From Hormiphora californensis (Eukaryota > Animalia > Ctenophora): a stretch of 64,000 nt of DNA. Positions 35,243-45,599 of this stretch are shown in pieces (the first letter of the stretch is position 1; each line of letters starts with the position of its first letter). The stretch spans positions 558,001 through 622,000 of the forward strand of contig CM035350.1 in the NCBI GenBank assembly GCA_020137815.1, in the 5' to 3' direction. The translations under genes were made by a program, and so were the position numbers. The notes beneath the pieces are model-generated. The model was given only the letters and a program-made list of their open reading frames with translations. It had not been told where the DNA came from and did not search any database.

Positions 35243-38200
35243 ATCGTGGACCTCCTTGGGTGGGCACTTGTATGTCTTCAGTTCTCCAATAGTGGCGGCA
35301 GGCAGGTCTCTAATCTGGGTGAGGATCTTTTGGAGGCCAGCATCATTCTCCTCATCGAACCCTTCATTCTCATCAGGTGAGGTAGCTGAGGCATCTGACG
35401 TTGCACCCGCTCCTCCACTGTCCGTTACCTCCAGGAAACTAGGCTGTGGAGAGGGAGGGGGTTAGAATTTGTAACGGGCACTATTTGGAAAAGGAGGGTC
35501 ATGGTAACTGTCATGGTAACCATGTTAACAATCGTACCACAGCAGGAGTTGCACCACCCAGATAGACGCTATTCACTACTTCTGTTCTCATTTTATCAAC
35601 TTCAGTTAACTCTGATTCCTTCTTCTTACGAGACATTCTCAAAGTACGCCGTCGGAACTTGGCTGCTTGTTTAGCCCTGACTGGGTTTAGACTCTGCTCA
35701 ACGAGCTGTGCTACCGCCTGAAAAGCAATTAGAGAGGTTACTATTAGGACTGTGAGACAAACAAAGGATTACCAGCCCACCTTCTCTGGGCAGAGCGGGG
35801 AACGCAACGGTCCGGTACAATATTGAAGATATAAACAAGTAGTTAATGGCTTACAATTTTGGCGATGTCCTCTGTTATCTTTTCCTTGTCCTGCATGTAG
35901 GGAGAGTTGGGATCCAGCTCTATCTTGACTCGTCTCCTCTGAAAGTATAGAAATACTGAACTAATGTAGTTTCACACTAAATCGTGAGATTTCAGGGCCA
36001 TTTTCAGGCAGATTTGTTTCAGGAGAAAGATTTCAAAGATTAAGATTGTTTTATGTACTTGTGTAAAGCCTGGTGAAAGAATTCTTCTCCACTTCCTCTG
36101 TCTTGTGTTAGGAGGTCTGCTGATTGTGCTGGGTGCCCGTCTACTGCTGGGTGCCCGGGGTGGTAGCCGGAACACTGTCTCAGTGACATTATACACAGCC
36201 GGTGTTTTAGGAGGTCCAATAACAGTTATTAAAGGTTGGGTCGGTGACTGGAGTGCAGCACTGGAGAGAGATAACACGACCAAAGTCCTCTCCTTCACTG
36301 GGGACTCCTGTATCTCCGGGGATTCAGAGATAGGAGCTGGAGATGGGAGAGGACTTGCTTCCTGGACTTCAGGGGTGGGTGTCTCCTGTTGTTCGGGTGA
36401 TGCCTTGATGATAGGGGGTAGTTTGGGAGTTGTGGGTTGTGGTGTTGAGCTCCTGGTGCTGCTGGCTTCTGGAGTGGGAGTCGGGAGGAGAGGTGGTAGC
36501 GGTGTTGAGCTCTTGATGCTGCTGGCTGGTGGTAGCGGTGTTGGGGTAGTGTCTTGTAGCTGTACAGAACTGGCCTCTCTAGCTACTGGAGATATAATGG
36601 CCTTCCTAGCTACAGCAGTGAAAACAGGAGAACTCTGAATGGCAGGGGAACTCTGAATAGCAGGGAGAACGGCAGGGGAGGTACTTGAATCCAATCTAGA
36701 GTCCACATAGTAGGGACTAGGACTCCCCTCACTAGGACTCCCCTCACAAGGCTCTTCCTCAGCAATAGTGGCAGGGATAGGGTGGAAGCATGGGACTAGC
36801 CTGCTGGAGTGTGCCCCATGCATCCCGTGTATATCTCTGTTCAGATTCTGGTGATTCAACACCACTGATATGGCTGATATCTGTATCTGAGAAGGAATCC
36901 CTGCTGTCTAGTGTGTCTGATCTAGGTTGAGTACCAGAAGCTCTCTGCTGAACTATAACTACCCTCACTGCTCAGTGTTGGGGTTAGGGGTTAGGGGTTG
37001 GGGTTGGGGTAGGGGAGGGTGTTATGTCAGCTGTCATCTGACAGTCCCCTGTCATTGTCACTGGTTCACCTGTTGCTACCTCATAGTAGCAATCAGATGC
37101 AACTGAATAGGACTGTTCCATATCTGGAGTTATGATGACAGGTGTGACACTCTTAGTGAGACCAGATTCACGAACCACCAGCCTCTCTCCCTTGGTAGTC
37201 TGGAATTCTTCCAACCGGATTGTTGCAGCTCGTGTCATCTCTGGGGTGGGTATGGGGCTGGGTACGGGGGTAACAGGTCGGGTATATTGCCTATCTTGGA
37301 GTGCTACAAACCCAACACCAGTTACAGTTCTAGTTTTGAACCTGTCCAGTTGTTGTGTCACTGCTCTCTCCATGGGGGGTGTTATAGGAGGGAGGGGTGT
37401 AACAGGAGCAGTGAGCTGGGAGTCTGGGACAGCCATGCCCTCCCCTGTGACAGTGTTAAATCTCTCCATTCTGATTGTCTGTGCTCTTTCCATAACAGGT
37501 GTGTAGATGATGGGTAGAGGGGTGACAGATCGGGTAAATTGGGATTTAGGGAATATCACCCCTTCCCCAGCAACTGTTTTACCCAGGACGGGAAGTGTAA
37601 CTGCCCGTTCCATTGGGACAGGGCTGGGTGTTATTGTCTGGGTTCTACCTGACCGTGCTTTCTTCAACTCCACACCAGTCACTGTATCGAATCTCTGCAG
37701 TGTCACTGTATCAAATCTCTGCAGTCCCACTGTATGGGAAGTTGCTGTGGGACTGGGAGTCATCCTCTGAGAGTGGTCCAATGTTGCTTGTTTTATATCC
37801 AGTATCTTGTATCTTCCAAAGGGCACTGTTTTGGCCCTCCTCATTAGTACGGGGCTGGGTGTTATCAGTTCTGTGAATTGACGCTCAGCCAGACACGACT
37901 TTCCCTTGATTGTCCTGGTTTTGAATCGGTCCAATTGTACAGTCTCAGATCGTGTCATGTCAGGGGTTGTATCAAGGGGTGGTAGAGGAGTTACAGACTT
38001 TGTGGTATCCATGGTAACAATCTTGTTATCCTCCCCAGTGATAGTCTTGAACCGCTCTAGCTGGACCAACTGTGAGGGCTCTGGAGGGGGTGTTACCCCT
38101 TCTGTTATACCAAACTGTGACACACTCCGGGCAGTATTGAACACCACTGGAACAGTCCTAGCCCTCTCCATCTCAGGAGTAACGACACTAGCTCTATCAA

Positions 38201-41200
38201 CCATGAAACCCTGCTCTTTTCCGGTCACAGTCTGGAACTTCTCCAATAGTTGGACAGTCTGGGCACGCTGCATGCCATGTTTGTTGCCTCTCTCACATAT
38301 CTGGCATGGGTCCAATACTCTCATGTGATCACCAGATGTTGCTTTATCCACCACCTGCCCCAGTATCTGTCTGGCAATCTGGGGATAGCTGGCAGGTCAG
38401 GGGGTTCAGTTGCCATGGCTGCTGTTCTTCATGCAGTGTTTTAAAGAGAGCTAGATGATAGATAGTGTTGCTTGTCAGGCCCCACAGGACAGAAATCACA
38501 TACTGTGATCACGCATCACATGAATTATCAATTGGAGAATTATAATATATGCCTGGCTGGCCACCTGATATATTACACACACACTAACTTATACACACAA
38601 CTGTTACAGGGATGTTTTATAGCTGTGATATAGGAGGGATAGTGCTGGGTTAGACCACTGAAGTACAGCATTCGGTATTATAGCTGCTGCTGTTCAAATA
38701 GGGTTCACATGGTGTACACGATTGGTACTACTAGATGCCTCACATGATACAACAGAGAGGGTGATCAACTAGTTAACATACGGAAAGAGGTGTATAAGTA
38801 GAGACTCCCTCTGACACACTGCAGTAGTAGGACAGTCTACTGGTATCCTGGAGCAACTCTTTAGTCAGAATAATATACTTTATAGTGATAACACAACTAA
38901 GTACCTAATCCACTCAAGAACCGATACTGTCCCACTACATAACTCTACCTAAGATTCCCACTCATCCCACTTACCCCAATGTATCCTAGACTACTTCTGT
39001 TGTCTAGTTCCTCAGGATGAGGGTTATAATCTTGAATCTTTTAAAAGGGCTCCATTGTTCACATGGCTAACTGATCACCACTTTGACTGTAGAGGGATGT
39101 TCAGGGGGAGGAGAAGTTATCAGGAGGGTGGGGAGAGAATCCTGGAGGGGGAGCAGATGTATAGGACAGTAGGGTAGCTGGATCAGCTTAGGGTGAGTAT
39201 TAGCTAGTGGGGGTTGTACACCAAGGCACGAGAGAGCTGATACGTCACGTACTACTCTACTAGGAGTTCCACTTATCCCGCTTACGCCATGGACCGAGAT
39301 TACTCTGTGTTTAGAGTCCGCACGGCAGTACCATATGTACAGACGGCTCTGTTGCTATCTCAGGATGAGGGTATGATTCGATTCTTCTGACAGGCTCCGT
39401 TACACTGGTAACTTGATTACCGCCTTAGGACGTGGAGGTGTGTATCAAAGGGAGGGAGGGGGAGAATTTCGAAGGGTCCGAGCTTCTAGTTTCTAGGGTG
39501 GAGGTTAAAACCCCAACCCACAACAATCTAGTTGGACCCATACCTCGTATTGCATTACTGGATAGACAACCCTCACATACCTCGTATTGCATGACAGGGA
39601 AGACAGGAGAGGCAGGTGGTGGGGTGGCATGGGGTGCACTCTCCCCTCTCTAGCAATGCCACCTCCTCTATGTGGGGTAGAGCTTCCTTCAGCTTCACCT
39701 CAGTCAGTGTTCCAGTCCTCTCGAACTTGCACAATCTCTTATAGTCAAGCTGGGAGGGAGGGGTATTGATAAACGTGGAGTTGAGAGGGTGTATTGATAA
39801 ACTGCTGAGGATCATATCCCCTGACATGTGATGAGAATAGTAAGAATGTCATTTCACAGTATCCAGACATTGAACACTCACGAAAGCATCCATCTGACTG
39901 ATTTGAGCAAGGTACGCCTCGCTGTTAGTTGGTAAGCAGACTGTATCAGATCTTCTTATGACAGATCCAAACTCTGTCTTCTCTGTAGCAGTCAACTGAT
40001 CTGAAGGTTGGGGAATATAAAGTTAAAAGTAACCATGGTAATGAATGTCTGGCCAGACTGATCTGCGGCCCAGTATAATGTCTGACCTAGTGGGTGGGGT
40101 TCAGTTCTGCTTCTTCTAACTCCTGATATCTTCCTAGAGGGACACCTCTCCAACAACTCAGCCTCCTCCTCGTCTAGCTCCTGTATGTAGGGAGTAGCAG
40201 TACATATAGTGTGAAACAGTGTTCAATATGGGATTCTGCACTGTTGGGCTACCTTAAATCACAAAACACTCTCAAAATAGGGCTAAAATCATAGTCCATA
40301 TTGCCCAAGCTAAGCTGGAGAGGGGATTGTACTCACGTATGCTAGTTCCCCCGTCTCTGTTTTAACAAGATCAGCCAGAGGGTACTGATCAATAAACTGT
40401 TTTGCCAGGGGAGGTACTATAGGTTTACTGTTTGGTAGGAAGAATTCTATTTCCCTGGCATTATTCAGATTCTCTACCCTGTACAATTCCACATCATCAT
40501 ACATGGACCGTTGAGTTCTGAATCTCTGACGTTTGATGCTTCCAGTCACCACCGGGAGGGAGAAAATCTTTTTCAGCTGTAGGGAGAGGGGACTTGGATG
40601 AGTTAACATCTTATGGAGAGAAAATAGAAAATGATCTGTAAATTAGGAGTAAAACCCCATGCTGTAGAGCTATTCTAGTACCTTCCTTATTATCTGTCTT
40701 GCAGCGACCAGTGCGCTCAGATGGGGTCGCGGCGCCAGATAGCTTATAATAAAAACTAAGATGAAAATTGAAAACCCAGACAAATAACTCATTACAAGTT
40801 AGGACCCGGTGTTATGATGATCTAACTAACTAAAGAACGTGGTGAAGGTAATGAGGCAGGTGTCTTTGGGGGTTATAAGAGATGCAGGTAAGAGGATAGA
40901 TTAGAAGAGCTCTATATTTTCCTAATAGCCCCGACTTCATGTCTCAGCTCCTATACATTTTGTAGGGTAAAATGGCTAGTTATATGGTACAGATATTGGA
41001 GAATGTCCTAGTCATCATTCCCTCAGTTGGTTTGGTGGTCAACTTGGTTTGTCTGGATCACTACTGGAGAAGAGAGGGTAGGAGCCTTCCCTCTCGACTC
41101 ATCCTGCTCCAGACGATAACCGATGTAATGATTTGTGGGACTCTAGTGGCCAGTGCTATAGCTCACAAGACAGATAACCAGAGGATAGTGTTCGTTCTAG

Positions 41201-42700
41201 AGAGCTGTGTCAACGGACAAGTTGTTAATAATAGTAGTATAGACCCTGACCTGGTCTGGAAGGTGTGGAGGTCTCAGATTCTAATTGAAGGGCTGGTTAA
41301 CTCCCCATACCGGTGTGTTATAATGTTCTCAAACCAGCTTACTACCACCTACAGTGTAACGAGGGCTATATCCCTGCTGAGACCGTTCACACAGATCAAG
41401 AAAAGTATGGTGTATTGTTGTCTTGTGGTCGGGGGTCTGGTGATTGTCTCAATTCGTCTGATATCTGTAACCAGCCACCTCAATCTCTACCTCCAACCCA
41501 TGGAAACTATAATGGATGGCTGTGGAGGGAATGTGTTTGATACATCCTTCATCATCTCCCTGATAGAAGGGAGTCTGATTCTACTAAACACCATTGTTAT
41601 TTGTATCTCCACTGCAGCGGTCTGCTACGGACTCAGAACTCAGGAGTCACTTGAAACCAATACTGATAACCATCGTCACGCTACCGTCACCATCGCATAC
41701 CTCAGTGGTTATTGTGTTGTTTGTAACATATTCGGTACCTCACTAGATGTAATTACTAATGCCCTGTTCAAGATGTCTTACGACCCATTTGATAAGGAGC
41801 TGTGTGAGTTGGCTACGGATCTCCTCTGGCCTGCAATGGTCTTTAGTGCTCTCAACTCAGCAGGCAACCCAGTTATATATCTAGCAAGGAACAAGGCTCT
41901 CAGAAGGAGGGTTGCTGGGATAATTCCTGAGAGATGGAGGAAGGTACCGTGGAAGTGTAATGTTGTGGCATGCACTACCTCACACCACACCTCACAACAC
42001 ACCTCACAACACACCTCACAGCAGCTATAGAGAAGGGAGGGGATGAACCGCCCACCCTGTTTTTATCAAAGGGATCGTGGAGACAGTAAAATGGATGGAA
42101 CTGTCAGGCCAATGCTCTGACATGGATGGAATGACTAAGTCTGGGTAATGCCATACACTGTGTTACTCAGTAGCACTCTCTTCTATAACAGTAAGGACAC
42201 AACCTACCGATATTTTGCGACCTCCCCAGTTCCACCTCGGCTTGAAAATACCTGCCTCAATGGCTTTACGTGACGTTGCCTGTAATCAGGGATGGTTAGA
42301 TAATGTTAATAACAAACCCATGTATGTGAACCCCCCAAAATTGAAGAACGGACAGTGGTGATGTGATGAACAGTGCAGAAATCAAAATTCAAAAGGATGT
42401 TATTATAGAATGTGATAGAACTTATAGCACGATGCTGCGTGGGAAGTGGAAAACGGAAATAGAATATATTTTAGATATTATATTCACGTGAAAGTTCAGT
42501 AAAGTTAGACTCTTTTCGCTGAGTGATTGAGTTTGTAAAAAGCGCTAATACGTGATGAAGAGTGAAGCATGCATGAAGTTCTTTCTCTCTTACCGAGTTG
42601 ATCCGATCAATGATGGCCTCCTGCTGCATTTCTAGCTTCATCTCCTCTTCCTGGGGCTTGGTTTTAAGTTTCAGAGAGAGAGAGAGAGAGGGGGAGAGAG

Positions 42701-42797
<97 letters not shown>

Positions 42798-45292
42798 GAG
42801 AGAGATAGCATGCGAAAAAGTGATAGTAGTAGCAGTAGTGTGTGAAAAAGAACCATCACACCTCCGTATTGGAGCCAGGTGGAAACCTTTGTATGTTCAA
42901 ATACAACTTACACTCTTCAATCGACTCCATAATTACCAACTCTTCCACGTGTACACTGTTACTAGACCCTTACCGGTTTGAAAGATGGTTTGGGAGGAAG
43001 GGCAGCGTAGCTAACAACAGCACCACGTGTCTGGACCTTCTGGGCCGGGACAACCACATCCTCTTCTTCCTCTTGTTCTTCTTCGGGCTGAACGGGGGTG
43101 GAAACGGATGAGGATTAGATACTGGATAGTAGATAGAAATGAAAGTGTCTCACTCTCCCTAGATAAGGGGGGGGGGATCACCCTACTAACGTCATTCACC
43201 TCCCTCATAACGTAGGTAGGCAGTACAAAGTCCTCCCCCTCTTTGCAGTCAGGTAGGGTGATGGGTTCTGGTGAGGGTGTCAGTTGCAGCTCCTGTATAG
43301 TACCCTGCCGGATCATAGCAGACTGTGGTTTGGAACCAGCCGTACTGGTGGCACGTCTCTGTAGGAGAGAGGGGTAATTGTTATTTATAATATCAGTCTT
43401 GATGTGTAAACTTGATATTGTGTGAAGGAGGTGCGTTGTGGTTTAAACAGAGCTGCAAAATATGGGAAATCTAAACAAATGAAGCAGGCAATATACTAGC
43501 TACCATGCATACTTTTCATGCAGCATTCAACCATCAAGCACCCCCTGACGTCATGCAGTTAAATATCAAGCACCCTCGTGCAGTACGGGGAGATCTAACT
43601 ACATGCACAATTCACCTCTTTCAGGTAGGTAGGTAGGTTGAGATCCTCAGAACTACCCAGATCACTAGGCAGCCTGATGGGTTCTGGAGAGGGGGTCCAC
43701 TCTCTCTCCTCATGTACAGGATACCGGACATAGAAAGGCAGGTCCATGGTTGGAGCGGGTCCAGTAAGGACGAGGGGTGTCGTTCTAACTGAACTGGAGC
43801 GTGGAGTGGTGGGCGGTCTCGGGGAGAGGGTCGCCTTGTTGTAAACCTAGATAATATAAATGGAGTGTTGGTATTGTAAAACTCCTAATATGGTAGTGTG
43901 AATGGTTTACCATTGCCTCAGGTGAACTAGCTATCTCTATCAATGGTGCTGGTAGTATCTCCCCCACTTCCTGAGCAGCTGGTTCAATTGCTACAGTTGG
44001 AATAGCCTCCTCATGTAGTGAATTGGCTGATTCTCCATCTGTAGTGGGACTGGAATGGACCACCACGCTACCATTCTCAGGGTACCGGATGTAGAAGGGC
44101 AGTTCCATGTTAGGAGGGGGTTCATTGAACATCACAGGGGTCATCCTAACTGCAGAGACCCGCTCTGAGAAGTTCCTGCTGATTGTGGTATCTGGTGAGC
44201 TGGGTGGTGCAGGGGTCCTCGTCACCTGTAGGTGGTAGTGTGGGGGTGGCTGTGGGTAGTTAGTCCTGGACAAGATGGAGGGATGTCTTGTAGTTTCTTG
44301 AAGGTTTCCATGACGAAGGTAGCCAGTTGCAGGGCCGGGATCCATGTTTTAAAAAGTCAAAGAATGAAACATATCAAGGAATTGAAGTAATCAAATTTTA
44401 AGAGGGTTCAGCTGTTGTATGAAACGGATACAGAATCGTAAGGTAAAAACTTCAAATTCAAGCACTGAATAAAAGTTGAATAGCAAGTTTAAGGAAAAAC
44501 ACAGGATATCGTTTTTGTATGAAAAAGAGATGTATGAGGTAAATGTATGATAAATAAATAAAGATAGGTGTATGAAGTTTGAAAACCTACCTTTCCAGTC
44601 TCCACTACAGGTTTGATGTCTGGTGAGGTAGAAGGGCCTGGAACTGGCGACTCCCTTGATGGAGGGGTTGTGTATAGAGGGGCTGTGCGGACAGTCTGGG
44701 CCATAAAGGGAGGGGGCTCAGATGGACTTGAGTTGACCACCTCTACCTCCGGAGTATCATTATCCTCAGGGTATCGGACATAGAAGGGCAGATCCAACAT
44801 GGGTATTGGAGATCTTTGGTTGATTGGAGTTACTACCCTTCTACCATTTGGTGGAGTTACAACCTTTCTGCTCTTTTTAGCTGGTGGTGTTATCACTCTA
44901 CGGCTCTTATTGGCTGGAGGAGATGGTTCATTTTGGTAGGCAGGTGATGGAGGGGCTCTCACCTGAGGAGGGAGAAGAAATAGTTAATAGGGATTTCCAA
45001 AAGAATTGTCTGGGCTATAAGAATGTTTACTTTTCAAATCAATGTACCGGTGTTGGGCTGGCTGGTAGGATATCAGGTATCTCTGGGTATCGCTCGTAGA
45101 ACGGTAGAAATATCTCGGGTAGTGAGCCCTGGAGGGTATCGTTATTATCAGGGGCAATAGAAAAACTGCCAATCACAATGTACAAACAAGAAAACACACA
45201 CAACAGTCTCACAGTGACCCTAGTCTTATTAAAAATAAAGTCTGGAAACCTGGGCAACAGCTGGGTCGGTCATGATAGTCTTCGGGGACGTC
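35243..45292 (-). CDS. Large multi-exon gene: Pro/Thr/Ser-rich repeat protein with a C-terminal dynein-stalk (MTBD)-like motif; both ends unresolved
   Basis: Phase-compatible GT-AG exons 45250-45292, 45048-45128, 44591-44962, 43911-44225, 43616-43846, 43200-43358, 42974-43087; further exons near 42.6, 42.25, 40.7, 40.45, 40.1, 39.9 and 39.7 kb; giant exon ~36060-38440 with indel errors; exons near 35.9 and 35.6 kb, and 35243-35443. Confidence 0.7.
35972..36968 (-). CDS. Continuation of the giant exon (Ser/Pro-rich region), joined through apparent frameshifts
   Basis: ORFs 36759-36968 and 35972-36865 abut the repeat ORF and have similar composition. Confidence 0.6.
36984..38354 (-). CDS. Giant-exon segment with ~11 copies of a 35-45-aa repeat (MERAxTxxLxRFxTVTG...TPxP)
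   Basis: 456-aa ORF whose repeat units are conserved at protein level while the DNA has diverged. Confidence 0.8.
   Translation of the reverse strand: MVDKATSGDHMRVLDPCQICERGNKHGMQRAQTVQLLEKFQTVTGKEQGFMVDRASVVTPEMERARTVPVVFNTARSVSQFGITEGVTPPPEPSQLVQLERFKTITGEDNKIVTMDTTKSVTPLPPLDTTPDMTRSETVQLDRFKTRTIKGKSCLAERQFTELITPSPVLMRRAKTVPFGRYKILDIKQATLDHSQRMTPSPTATSHTVGLQRFDTVTLQRFDTVTGVELKKARSGRTQTITPSPVPMERAVTLPVLGKTVAGEGVIFPKSQFTRSVTPLPIIYTPVMERAQTIRMERFNTVTGEGMAVPDSQLTAPVTPLPPITPPMERAVTQQLDRFKTRTVTGVGFVALQDRQYTRPVTPVPSPIPTPEMTRAATIRLEEFQTTKGERLVVRESGLTKSVTPVIITPDMEQSYSVASDCYYEVATGEPVTMTGDCQMTADITPSPTPTPTPNP
40972..42030 (+). CDS. Intronless rhodopsin-class (class A) GPCR, nested antisense
   Basis: 352 aa with ~7 hydrophobic segments; GLVVN (TM1), TD (TM2), SVTRAISLLRPF at the DRY position, NSAGNPVIY (NPxxY) in TM7. 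Confidence 0.9.
   Translation: MASYMVQILENVLVIIPSVGLVVNLVCLDHYWRREGRSLPSRLILLQTITDVMICGTLVASAIAHKTDNQRIVFVLESCVNGQVVNNSSIDPDLVWKVWRSQILIEGLVNSPYRCVIMFSNQLTTTYSVTRAISLLRPFTQIKKSMVYCCLVVGGLVIVSIRLISVTSHLNLYLQPMETIMDGCGGNVFDTSFIISLIEGSLILLNTIVICISTAAVCYGLRTQESLETNTDNHRHATVTIAYLSGYCVVCNIFGTSLDVITNALFKMSYDPFDKELCELATDLLWPAMVFSALNSAGNPVIYLARNKALRRRVAGIIPERWRKVPWKCNVVACTTSHHTSQHTSQHTSQQL
42673..42803. repeat. (GA)n microsatellite
   Basis: Direct inspection. Confidence 0.95.
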
Positions 45293-45367
45293 CTACAATG
45301 TTCATAACAAAACAAAAAATAACCTTGAAACGGGAAAGATTGGACAGTTAATCGTTCAGAGACAGTG

Positions 45368-45371
<4 letters not shown>

Positions 45372-45452
<81 letters not shown>
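45372..45452. repeat. (GA)n microsatellite
   Basis: Direct inspection. Confidence 0.95.
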
Positions 45453-45455
<3 letters not shown>

Positions 45456-45599
45456 TAGATTACTGAGCAATAAACAAGCACTGGATCAGTGTGCATCCTA
45501 CAAAGTACATGTCAAGCAGTTAGGCCAGCAATCCGGGATGAGCGGTAAAAAGAAAACGAGAGAGATTGAGAGAGATTGAGGGAGTGGTGCGTGTAGTGG

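Noticed and set aside
36105-38328. Plus-strand ORFs overlapping the giant exon
   Set aside because: Antisense shadows of the minus-strand coding region
40972-42030. Opsin
   Set aside because: No retinal-binding lysine in TM7 (MVFSALNSAGNPVIY)
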